Assembly: GCA_951406725.2 (NCBI GenBank)
Contig: CATOCA020000001.1
Location: 9,796,001 to 9,860,000, forward strand
Source: Octopus vulgaris
Taxonomy: Eukaryota
DNA length: 64,000 bases
Reading direction: 5' to 3'
Each line of letters starts with the position of its first letter. Positions within the stretch are counted from its first letter, which is position 1. The notes under the pieces are model-generated. The model made no database searches. It saw only the letters and a program-made list of their open reading frames with translations, and was not told where the DNA came from. Positions 53,385 to 64,000 of this stretch are shown piece after piece. Made by a program: the position numbers and the translations under genes.

Positions 53385-55037
53385 TTTTCAAACAAGATGA
53401 TGGTCGTGAACCCCCTCCATTTGATAGATCGGTACCTCCAATGCTTCGATTGATCATCACGCGGGACGAAGTCAAACGTGTTATCCAAGGCATCGATGTC
53501 AACAAGGGTCACGGCCCTGATGGCATACACCCACGGGTTATCAAAGCGTTGGCTCCGGTCATCTGCGAGCCCTTAACACGACTATTCAATATGTCATTGG
53601 CGACGGGTGTTATACCTGCAGACTGGAGAACAGCGATAATCTGCCCAATTTTCAAGAAAGGGAGCCGCGAAGACCCGCTTAACTACCGACCGGTTTCCCT
53701 TACATCAATAATCAGCAAGATGTTCGAAACCATCCTTAAGAAAAGTATGATGCTCCACCTCCTAAACACAGCCTCGATCACTGATTCCCAACACGGCTTC
53801 GTGCCGAAGAGATCATGCTTGACCAACTTACTAGTAATGGAAGAATTGGTGACGTGCATCCTCGATGATAGTGATGCTGTTGACATCGTTTTATTGGACT
53901 TTGCCAAAGCTTTTCACTCGGTAAACCACCGCCTACTACTTGTCAAGCTTCAAGCATATAGTTTCCATCCGGATATTGTACGATGGGTTGGTGCCTTCCT
54001 CTCAGATCACTCCTTCCAAGTTCAAGTTAATGGTTCGCGGTCCGACGTCTCCAGTGCGAGCAGTGGCGTGCCTCAAGGTTCAGTGCTTGGGCTCTTGTTG
54101 TTCTTAGTCTTCATAAATGACTTGCCCGACGACCTCACGCAACACACCCTTCTATTTGCCGACGATATCAAACTGGTCGCTCCTCGCGGTAGTATAGAGG
54201 ATCTTCGTCGATGCCTCCACCAAATTTGGAAGTGGTCTAACGATTGGGACCTGTGTCTGAACGTGTCAAAGTGCTGTCATCTGCCTGTCGGCTCTACTCC
54301 TGCAACTCAACTTGATTTCGAGCCGGGTCGTCTGCTGCTGGAGAGGACCGATCAGGTAAAGGACCTGGGTATCTTGGTGGATTCCTCCTTTTCGCCTTCG
54401 GCCCAGTGCGTCCATGCTGCCAACAAAGCGCGCGGAATTCTGTTTTTGATTCGACGGTCATTCGGAATGCTCACAGCAGCCATATTCCTGCCACTCTATG
54501 TCACGCTGGTGAGACCCATATTGGAGTATGGGATTCAAGCCTCTTCTCCTTATCTTCTCAAAGACATACAGCATCTCGAAAGAGTCCAGAGGCTGGCTAC
54601 CCGCATGGTTCATGGTCTCAAAAATTTGTCCTACGAAGAAAGGCTGAGGACGCTCGACCTTTATTCTCTTGAAAAACGCCGCCGCCGTGGTGATCTCATT
54701 CTCGCCCACAACATCATAAGCGGGAAGTGTAACCTCTCGAAAGAGCTGTTCTTCACTCCTGCTCCGGAACGTCGGCTGCGGGGTCATTCCGAAAAGCTCT
54801 ACCTGCGACGATTTCATCTCAATCGAAGGAGAGGAGCTTTCTCCGTCCGGGTTGCGGATCCGTGGAACAAGCTGCCAGACGAGATGGTGAAGATGCCGAC
54901 GACCGCTTTGTTCAGAGCCTCCCTGGACCTCAAGTGGCCTGAACTCTTTACATGAACACCACCCTGTACTTAACTCCATATCCCCCTACATGGCCTTGCT
55001 ATTTGCTTTTGAGCCAAATTAACTAACTAACTAACTA
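53385..55037 (+). mobile_element. 5'-truncated CR1-clade LINE inserted into the Helitron RepHel ORF
   Basis: RT motifs GPDGI, NYRPVSL, QHGF, LLDFAKAF, GVPQG, FADD, RRRGDL; stop at 54955; (AACT)n tail 55021-55037; AACTA on both sides. Confidence 0.93.
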
Positions 55038-57278
55038 CTTGGCTGGCCGGTACCTCAGCAGCAACGAAGCGTTTTGGCGCATTTACGGCTTCCCGTTCCA
55101 TCAGAGACACCCGGCTGTGGTGCAGCTTGCTGTACACTTGGAAAATGGACAGCGGATTTACTTCACAGAGCAAAGTGCTGTGCAGGTAGCCACCAGCCCT
55201 AAAGACACAACGTTGACTGGTTTCTTCAAATTATGCCAACGTGATGACTTCGCTCGAACGCTTTTGTACCCACAGGTCCCATCGTACTTCGTGTGGTCTA
55301 AAAACACCTGGGTTCGACGGAAATCCGGCAAAAACGTCGAAGGCTTCCCAGGCGTCAAGTTTGACTTCTGCCTGGGTCGAGTTTACAACATCCCGCCAAA
55401 CCAGCAAGAATGCTTCTACCTCCGTCTCCTTCTACATGAGGTCAATGGTCCAACAGGTTTCGCCAATATACGTACCATCAATGGGGTTCTGTGCGACACC
55501 TTCAGGGAAGCATGTATGAGACTTGACCTTCTAGAGGATGACTCCCAGTGGGACGCCACGATGGCAGAGGGCGCTTTACTGCAAACGCATTCGGCCCTAC
55601 GACATCTTTTCGCAATCCTTCTTCAAAAATGTCAGCTTAGTGATCCACTAAGTCTCTGGATGAAATACAGGGATGACATGTCGCACGACTTCTTACGTAC
55701 GGCTCAGCAACACTGCCCTTCCGCCGAGATCACGTTCACCAACTTCATTTACAATTTTGCGCTCATTCAACTCGAAGACGCTGTCATCGATATGGGTGGG
55801 TCTGCTTTAACAGAGTACGGCCTTCCACCACCCACACGTGAACACGCCAATGTTATGTCTGCTGAATTGTTACGCGAAACTTCCTACTGCATTGAGGAAC
55901 TGCACCAGTACGTCCAAGATAATGAACCACGGCTGCTTCCAGACCAGCGCATAGCCTACAACACCATCGTAGACTCTGTCAGACAGCAACGTGGAGGGAT
56001 TTTCTTCCTTGATGCACCCGGCGGCACTGGCAAAACCTTCGTCACTAAACTAATTCTGGCAGAGGTCAGATGCAACACGGACATTGCCCTGGCTGTAGCT
56101 TCCTCTGGTATCGCGGCCACGTTGCTTCCGGGTGGCAGAACCGCCCACTCTGCCTTCAGACTCCCGCTCGATCTGGCAAAGTCCGAGTCACCTATCTGCA
56201 ACATCGCCAAGAACTCAGAACATGCCGACATTCTGCGCAGATGCAAACTCATCGTATGGGACGAGTGCACTATGGCACACAAAGGCGCCCTTGAGGCACT
56301 GGACAGGTCCCTGCAAGACATCAGAGACTCTACGGCCCCCATGGGAGGATTAACTTTACTTCTTTCAGGAGACTTCAGGCAGACTCTAACTGTTATTCCA
56401 AAAGGAACCCGTGCCGATGCCGTGTGCGCGTGCCTTAAGTCGTCAGCTCTTTGGGCACATGTGCGGCCCTTGCACCTCCAAACTAACATGCGCGCGCAGT
56501 TAATTGGTGACAGCGGATCCGCTGCATTCTCCAGGGACCTCTTATCGCTCGGTGAAAATAGGATGCTGTCTGATGCGGATGGCTACGTTCAATTGGACTC
56601 ACTTTGCACCATTGTCGACACCCCTGTTAGCCTCCGGGACGCTGTCTTCCACGACCTACAAAACAATTTACGCGACCTAAAATGGCTGGCAGGCAGAGCT
56701 ATTCTCGCACCCAAAAATACAACCGTCAACTCCATCAATGTCCAGCTACTTGAAGCTATTCCTGGTGATGTCCACGTCTACAAATCTATAGATAGGACAG
56801 CAGACCCCGCCCAGCTTGCCGATTATCCTGTTGAATTCCTGAATTCACTTGAACCGCCAGGCCTGCCACCACACATCCTGAAGTTAAAAGTCGGTGCGCC
56901 CATTATGCTCATCAGGAATTTGGTTCCACCTAAACAGTGCAACGGCACACGTTTGGTTGTGAAACATTTGGCACCACATTTAATAACGGCCACAATACTT
57001 ACCGGTTGTGGGAATGGAGAGGACGTCTTCATTCCACGGATGCACCTTCAATCCACTTCAGGCGTTCTTAGTTTCCTGTTAAACTCTGCTTCGCAATGTC
57101 CATCAATAAATCCCAAGGCCAAACGCTACAAGTCGCTGGGTTACATTTGGGCGAACAGTGCTTCGCCCACGGTCAACTCTACGTGGGCTGTTCACGCGTT
57201 GGGAGGCGCAATGATGTTTTCATGTTTTCGCCCAAACGGACAGCTAGGAACATCGTATATACAGAAGTATTCCAGTGA
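55038..57278 (+). pseudogene. Helitron PIF1-family helicase half of RepHel; frameshift and stop near 57040-57075
   Basis: AGRYLSSNEAFWR, DAPGGTGKT (Walker A), ASSGIAA, GRTAHS, WDE, GDFRQ, ILAPKN, CNGTR, then shifted AMSINKSQGQTL..HGQLYVGCSRV. Confidence 0.92.
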
Positions 57279-57400
57279 AGACAAGACATTGCAACGTCCA
57301 CATGCACCTTCGTTCCATGGAGGGAAATGACTACATTGGGATTAGTCGTTGCCTATTAGGGGCTCTTACATACCCGGGCAACGCCGGGCTATGCTGCTAG

Positions 57401-57432
<32 letters not shown>

Positions 57433-57684
57433 CGTGTGTGTGTGTTTGTGTGTCTGTGTTTGTCCCCCTAGCATTGCTTGACAACCGATGCTAGTGTGTT
57501 TACGTCACTTAGCGGTTCGGCAAAGTAGACCGATAGAATGAGTACTAAGCTTACAAAGAATAAGTCCCGGGGTCGATTTGATCGACTAAAGGCGGTGCTC
57601 CAGCATGGCCGCAGTCAAAATGACTGAAACAAGTAAAAGAGTAAAAGAGTAATATATACATACATATAGATATGTATTTACGTA

Positions 57685-57732
<48 letters not shown>

Positions 57733-57830
57733 GATATGTATGAACGTATGTGTGTACATATATATAAACGTGTGTGTATATGTAACATATTTCTAAGAAT
57801 AGATACATTCATACATACATCTACATATAT

Positions 57831-57884
<54 letters not shown>

Positions 57885-57915
57885 GTAAATACATATCTAT
57901 ATGTATGTATATATG

Positions 57916-57965
<50 letters not shown>

Positions 57966-58539
57966 TATATATATATAAACTTATACATACATATGCGTGC
58001 ATATTTCTATTGCATATATAAACATATATATTTATGTGTATACATGCACATACATGTGTGAGTGTACGGCGTCTCAGCTGTGTTCAATGCAGAAAAATGA
58101 ATATAGTCGCAGGAGTGGCTCTGTGGTAAGTAGCTTGCTAACCAGCCACATGGTTCCGGGTTCAGTCCCACTGCGTGGCATCTTGGGCAAGTGTCTTCTG
58201 CTATAGCCCCGGGCCGACCAATGCCTTGTGAGTGGATTTGGTAGACGGAAACTGAAAGAAGCCTGTCGTATATATGTATATATATATGTGTGTGTGTGTG
58301 TTTGTGTCTGTGTTTGTCCCCTAACATTGCTCGACGACCGATGCTGGTGTGTTTACGTCCCCGTCACTTAGCGGTTCGGCAAAAGATACCGATAGAATAA
58401 GTACTAAGCTTACAAAGAATAAGTCCCGGGGTCGAGTGGCTCGACTAAAGGCGGTGCTCCAGCTTGGCCGTAGTCAAATGACTGAAACAAGTAAAAGAGT
58501 AAAAGAGTAATATATACATACATATAGATATGTATTTAC

Positions 58540-58584
<45 letters not shown>

Positions 58585-58941
58585 GATATGTATGTACGTA
58601 TGTGTGTACATATATATAAACGTGTGTGTATATGTAACATATTTCTAAGAATACATACATTCATACATACATCTACATACGCCGTGTGTATGAATGTGTT
58701 TCTAAATGTGCATTTATACATGTGTGTGTGTGTATGTGTATGCACATATGTATGTATGCATGTATATATGTTTGTATGTATGTATAAATGTATATATATA
58801 TATATGTGCATAGATATATGCTTACACACAAATACATGCACGTACAATATATCCGCATATATATATATATGGATAGATTGATAGATAGTTAGATAGATAG
58901 ATACATGCATACATACACACATTCATACATATATACAGACT

Positions 58942-59024
<83 letters not shown>

Positions 59025-59633
59025 GATAGATATACATATATGCTAACACGTGTATATATACACGTAAATAAGTATAAAAATGTATGTATTAATACTAGTA
59101 CATGCACATATACATACATCTCTGCGGGACTTCATAATTTGCCAGAAAATAATGGATCGTGCCAAGATTTTGCTGCTACTTCTAGCATGTAGAAATTACC
59201 TGTTAAAGCGTAATTTTCTGTTTTGAAATATCTATATATCTATATATTTACTACCCACAAGGGGCTAAACATAGAGGGGACAAACAAGGACAGACAAAGG
59301 GATTAAGTCGATTACATCGACCCTAGTGCGAAACTGGTACATATATATATTCTTTTATTCTTTTCTTTTACTTGTTTCAGTCATTTGACTGCGGCCATGC
59401 TGGAGCACCGCCATTAGTCGAGCAACTTGACCCCGGGACTTATTCTTTTGCAATCCCAGTACTTATTCTATCGGTCTCTCTTGCCGATCGGGGACATAAG
59501 CACACCAGCATCGGTTGTCAAGCAATGCTAGGGGACAAACACAGACACACAAATACACACTCAGTGGGACTGAACCCGCAACCATGTGGTTGGTAGACAA
59601 GCTACTTACCACACAGCCACTCCTGCGCCTATA

Positions 59634-59704
<71 letters not shown>

Positions 59705-59727
59705 TTATATATTTATATATTTATGTA

Positions 59728-59789
<62 letters not shown>

Positions 59790-60800
59790 CTATATATCTA
59801 TATATCTATACATATGTGTGTGTGTGTATATATATATATGTAGATGTATATATATATACATATATAAAAAGATAAAGGTCTTTATTTTTCATGGACTTCA
59901 AAATTTGCCAGAAAATAATGGATCGTAGCAATCTTTGCTGCTATTTCTAGCATGTTAAAATTGCATGTTAAAGGGTAATTTTCTATTTTGAAATATATAT
60001 ACATATGCATGTATGTATGTATGTATGTATGTATGTACGTATGTATGTATGTGTGTGTGTGTTTGTGTGTATGTGTGCGTGTGCGTGTGCGTGTGCGTGT
60101 GCGTGTGTGTGTCTGTGTGTGTGTTTGTCTGCGTGTATCTTTAAAATCTTCCGAGTTTTGGTGACATATGAAATAGACATTTCGTTTTGTAACCGAAAAA
60201 TGAAGCGAAAGAGGTTTAGCTACTGTAGCGTTCGATTGTATCTTTTGCAGACAAACTGAACGACTCCATTTAATTTCATCAGAAAGTTACTTAAGATCTT
60301 CTTCTCTCTGTCTGTCTGTCTCTCTCTCTCTGTCTTTTACGCTCTCTCTCTGTCTGTATTTAACTCACTATATAACATATGAGTTTCTCTCTCTCTCAAT
60401 ATAAAACTATTTTTCTCTATTATTACCCGTTGCTAAGCAACTCAGGGAAAAGGTGTGTGCGTGTGTGACCGTATTTTCAATTGTGTGTGTGTATGTGTGC
60501 GTTTGTGCCTTTCGACACCAGTGCGTGCGTGCGTAACGACACACACACAAACGCCCACAAGCATACACACACAAAATTGAAAATGCACAGTTACACACTC
60601 AAACACTCACACACAGAAACGAAAATACACACGCACACATAAATAAAAACAGTCACACATACACACTGAAATGAAAATACTCACACACACTCACACTCAC
60701 ACATGCACACATGCATACGGACAAACACCACACACACACACACAAAAAAAGAAAATACACAGTTACACACTCACACACACACGCTCACACGCATACACTA

Positions 60801-60836
<36 letters not shown>

Positions 60837-61269
60837 ACAAGTAATGAACTGGAAACACGCGCGCACGCAGACACTGAAATGAAAACACACATATGTGTGT
60901 GTGTTTGTGTGTGTGTATGTATGAATAGATTTGGTTGATGGAAACTGAAAGAAGCCCATCGTATATAAATGTATACATATATGTATGTGTGAGTGTGTGT
61001 GTCTGTTTCCCCCTCCCCCCTCCAACATCGCTTGACAAGAACCGCTAGGGTTAAAAATAATGTCTTGGGATTGATTTGCTCGACTAAATGCGGTGCTCCA
61101 GCATGGCCACACTCAAATGACTGAAACAAGGAAAATCAAAACATATATATATATATATGTTCTTTTATTTTACTTGTTTCAGTCATTTGACTGTGGCCAT
61201 GCTGGAGCACCGCATTTAGTCAAGCAAATCGATCAGGCCTTCAAGAAGGCTTTCCATATGCTAGAAATA

Positions 61270-61424
61270 GCAGGCAAAGTCGACCTCGGCGGAATTTGAA
61301 CTCAGAGCGTAGCGGCAGATGAAATACCTATTTCTTTACTACCCACAAGAGGCTAAACACAGAGGGGACAAACAAAGACAGACAAACGGATTAAGGCGAT
61401 TATATCGACCCCATTGCGTAACTG

Positions 61425-61430
<6 letters not shown>
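61270..61430 (-). mobile_element. 3' part of a second SINE family; also at ~46905-47004 and ~59245-59340
   Basis: Shared TTTACTACCCACAAG(A/G)GGCTAAACA(C/T)AGAGGGGACAAACAA..ATCGACCC..AACTGGTAC motif. Confidence 0.6.
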
Positions 61431-61495
<65 letters not shown>

Positions 61496-61593
61496 CAAAT
61501 TGATATAGGGTGTAATAAAGTATTATCTGATAATTGATATTTGATTTAGATGTATTTCTCCATTTTCTCATGTTGTATATGTATGTATATATA

Positions 61594-64000
61594 TCTCTTC
61601 TCTTCTCCCCGTCTGTCTTGATAGACAATGGGTTGCGCCAAGTGTGGGGCCTACTTTGATGATGTGCTGCGTCTGCTGTGACTGAACAGTCCAATTCTAG
61701 AGTGGCAGTCCCTGGTACAGTTGCTGCACACGAACATCGATGGGTACGTGTGGGGTGTTGCTGCAGTTGTCCTCCTCCTGTCCCGCCTGTCCGACCACGG
61801 CTGTGCTCTCCTTTCCTCAGCCATGGAAACGCCTTTCCTCACTGTCCGACGCCAGGCAGAGCGGTCAGCAGCTGTTACCTCCCACGTGTCCACACAGATG
61901 TTGGCAGTCCTCAGGTCGCGCTTGCACACATCCCTGTATCGTAGCTGTGGACGTCCCTTGGGTCGGGATCCCGTGGTGAGTTCGCTGTACAGGATGTCTT
62001 TAGGCATGCGACTGTCCTGCATGCGGCAGACGTGTCCGAGCCAGCGCAGTCGTCTCCGCACGAGGAGGGCATGCATGCTTGGCATATTAGTCTGTTCCAG
62101 GATGACTCCGTTTGGTACTGGGTCCTTCCAGGAGATGCCAAGGATCCGTCGAAGACACCGCATGTGGAAGCCGCTGAGGCGGCATTCCTGCCGGGTGTAT
62201 GTTGTCCAGCTCTCGCTGCCGTAGAGTAGGGTGCTCAGCACGCAGGCTCGGTACACTGCGATCTTGGTGGTTATTGTGAGCATGTTGTTTTCCCACACTC
62301 TCCTGGAGAGCTTAGCCATGGCAGCAGCAGCCCTCCCAATCCGTCTGTTCAGCTCCGGCTCGAGGGACAGGCTGCTGGAGACCGTCGATCCCAGGTAAGT
62401 GAACTCGTTCACCACCTGCAAGCTGTGGTCGCCGACACTGATGCTGGGGACCCCTCCGACGTCCTGGCCCATGATCTCTGTCTTTTTCAGGCCGATGGTA
62501 AGGCCGAACTCTTGGCAGGCATCCGCCAGGGAGCTGAACAGCCTCTGGAGACCCGGCTGGTTGTGTGATGTTAGGGCGGCATCGTCAGCAAAGAGGACCT
62601 CTCTGATCAGCACCTGACGGACTTTGGTCTTAGCTCTGAGGCGCGCAAGATTGAACAACCCACCATCAGCTCTGGTGTGGAGGAACACTCCGTCGTCGGA
62701 CGTTCTGAAGGCATAGGACAGGACAAGGGAGAAGAAAATTCCGAAGAGCGTCGGCGCCAGAACGCAACCCTGTTTCACTCCACTCTGGATGGCGAACGAC
62801 TCCGAGGGCAATCCGTCAAACTGCACTGTTCCCTGCATACCGTCGTGAAAGGAGGTGATGAGTTTCAGCAGTCTGGGAGGGCAACATATCCTACCCAGGA
62901 GCGCAAACAGCCCCTCCCTGCTGACTGAGTCGAACGCCTTAGCCAGGTCGATGAAGGCCACGTATAGGGGCTGTCTCTGTTCTCGACTCTTTTCTTGAAG
63001 CTGCCTGAGTGAGAAGATCATGTCGATTGTAGACCTCTCTGCCCTAAAGCCAGACTGAGACTCGGGGTACACACGCTCTGCAAGCATTTGCAACCTCTTC
63101 AGGACCACCCTGGCAAATGCCTTACCGACAGTGCTGAGCAGGGATATGCCCTTGTAATTATTACAGTCGCTTCTGTCCCCTTTGTTTTTATACAGTGTGA
63201 TGATGTTTGCGTCACGCATATCCTTAGGGACAGAGCCCTCCGCCCAGCACTGACAGAGCAGCTCGTGGAGATGGCCCAGAAGGGCTGGCTTCCCGCACTG
63301 GATGACTTCTGCGGGGATGCCGTCTTGCCCTGGTGCCTTGCCCCGAGCGAGTGAGTCAATTGCTTTGCTCAGTTCTTCCTTTGTTGGAGGCAGGTCAAGC
63401 TCCTCCATGACAGGCAGAGCAGGAATGCCGGCGAGGGCAGACCTGGTGACCACATTCTCAGTGGAGTAGAGGTTCTGGTAATGCTCGACCCACCTCTCTA
63501 TCTGCTTCGCTTGGTCCTTGATGACCTCGCCATCCCTGGACTTCAGTAAAGCAACCTTGCTGACAGTGGGCCTGAATGCTTTCTTCATCCCCTCGTACAT
63601 CCCTTTCACGTTACCACTGTCAGCACAGCACTGGATGTTCTGGCATAGGTTCTGCCAGTAGATGTTGGCGCAACGTCTGGCCGTCCTCTGGGCGTCACTT
63701 CTGGCTGTTCTTAGAGTAGCCAGGTTCTTTTCTGATGGGTCGCGCTTATAGTTGACCAGTGCTTCCCTCTTGGCAGCAATGACAGGCTCCATCTCAGGCA
63801 GGTGAGCCTCAAACCAGTCTTGATTTCTCCGCTCCCTCTTTCCTAGGGATGACATGACTATTCTGCAAGTGGTGTCGCGAATAAGCTGCCATCTCTCCTC
63901 GATGGACGTGGCTGCGTGATCTTTAAGGGCCTCCTCCATGCGGTTGGTGAATTCCGAGCGGAGGTCGGGGTTGGTTGTCCTGGCGGTGTTGATGCGTGGG
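61594..64000 (-). mobile_element. RTE-clade (BovB-like) LINE, extends past the right edge
   Basis: Intact RT ORF, short 3' UTR ending (GAAGA) into a TA/TG tract. Confidence 0.93.
61651..63939 (-). CDS. RTE reverse transcriptase with a C-terminal C2H2-like finger; N-terminus lies outside the window
   Basis: GKAPGQDGIP, CNNYKGISLL, PESQSGFR, FIDLAKAFD, GVKQGCVLAP, FADD, YLGS, LLYGSE, CSNCTRDCHSRIGLFSH. Confidence 0.95.
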   Translation of the reverse strand: MEEALKDHAATSIEERWQLIRDTTCRIVMSSLGKRERRNQDWFEAHLPEMEPVIAAKREALVNYKRDPSEKNLATLRTARSDAQRTARRCANIYWQNLCQNIQCCADSGNVKGMYEGMKKAFRPTVSKVALLKSRDGEVIKDQAKQIERWVEHYQNLYSTENVVTRSALAGIPALPVMEELDLPPTKEELSKAIDSLARGKAPGQDGIPAEVIQCGKPALLGHLHELLCQCWAEGSVPKDMRDANIITLYKNKGDRSDCNNYKGISLLSTVGKAFARVVLKRLQMLAERVYPESQSGFRAERSTIDMIFSLRQLQEKSREQRQPLYVAFIDLAKAFDSVSREGLFALLGRICCPPRLLKLITSFHDGMQGTVQFDGLPSESFAIQSGVKQGCVLAPTLFGIFFSLVLSYAFRTSDDGVFLHTRADGGLFNLARLRAKTKVRQVLIREVLFADDAALTSHNQPGLQRLFSSLADACQEFGLTIGLKKTEIMGQDVGGVPSISVGDHSLQVVNEFTYLGSTVSSSLSLEPELNRRIGRAAAAMAKLSRRVWENNMLTITTKIAVYRACVLSTLLYGSESWTTYTRQECRLSGFHMRCLRRILGISWKDPVPNGVILEQTNMPSMHALLVRRRLRWLGHVCRMQDSRMPKDILYSELTTGSRPKGRPQLRYRDVCKRDLRTANICVDTWEVTAADRSAWRRTVRKGVSMAEERRAQPWSDRRDRRRTTAATPHTYPSMFVCSNCTRDCHSRIGLFSHSRRSTSSK

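Larger units (their letters stand above)
49630..57400 (+). mobile_element. Autonomous-type Helitron (disabled), inserted in the (TA)n of a SINE
   Basis: RepHel coding region and 3' CCCGGGCAACGCCGGG hairpin plus CTAG|T at 57397-57401. The 5' end merges with (TA)n before AAACGGCAG. Confidence 0.95.

Noticed and set aside
53129-54955. 608-aa ORF as a genuine Helitron-RT fusion protein
   Set aside because: Its first ~85 codons are an off-frame reading of Helitron Rep that happens to run into the 5'-truncated LINE RT. The junctions show a simple insertion.

Overview
This is eukaryotic, AT- and microsatellite-rich animal DNA. The dominant tRNA-derived SINE looks like the octopus/cephalopod SINE families (inference from sequence recognition). 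The window is almost all repeats. From left to right: a 12-kb array of a 15-bp satellite; a 34-bp minisatellite; four tandem ~2.2-kb units built from SINE pieces; old decayed transposons (Penelope RT and GIY-YIG relics, an RTE split by a Gypsy LTR element, a Tc1 with TIRs, an RTE endonuclease relic); a few candidate small exons of a minus-strand host gene; and a tandem segmental duplication (about 33-61 kb). Young elements have inserted into the (TA)n tracts of that duplication: a Penelope-like element (ORF1, possible -1 frameshift into RT-GIY-YIG, minimal hammerhead ribozyme), a CR1/L2-group LINE whose 3' end matches the 3' end of the SINE, and a Helitron interrupted by a CR1 LINE. A near-intact RTE LINE runs off the right edge. 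The best candidate 'systems' are the LINE-SINE pair and the two-ORF, ribozyme-bearing Penelope-like element. All alignments were done by eye and no database was searched.
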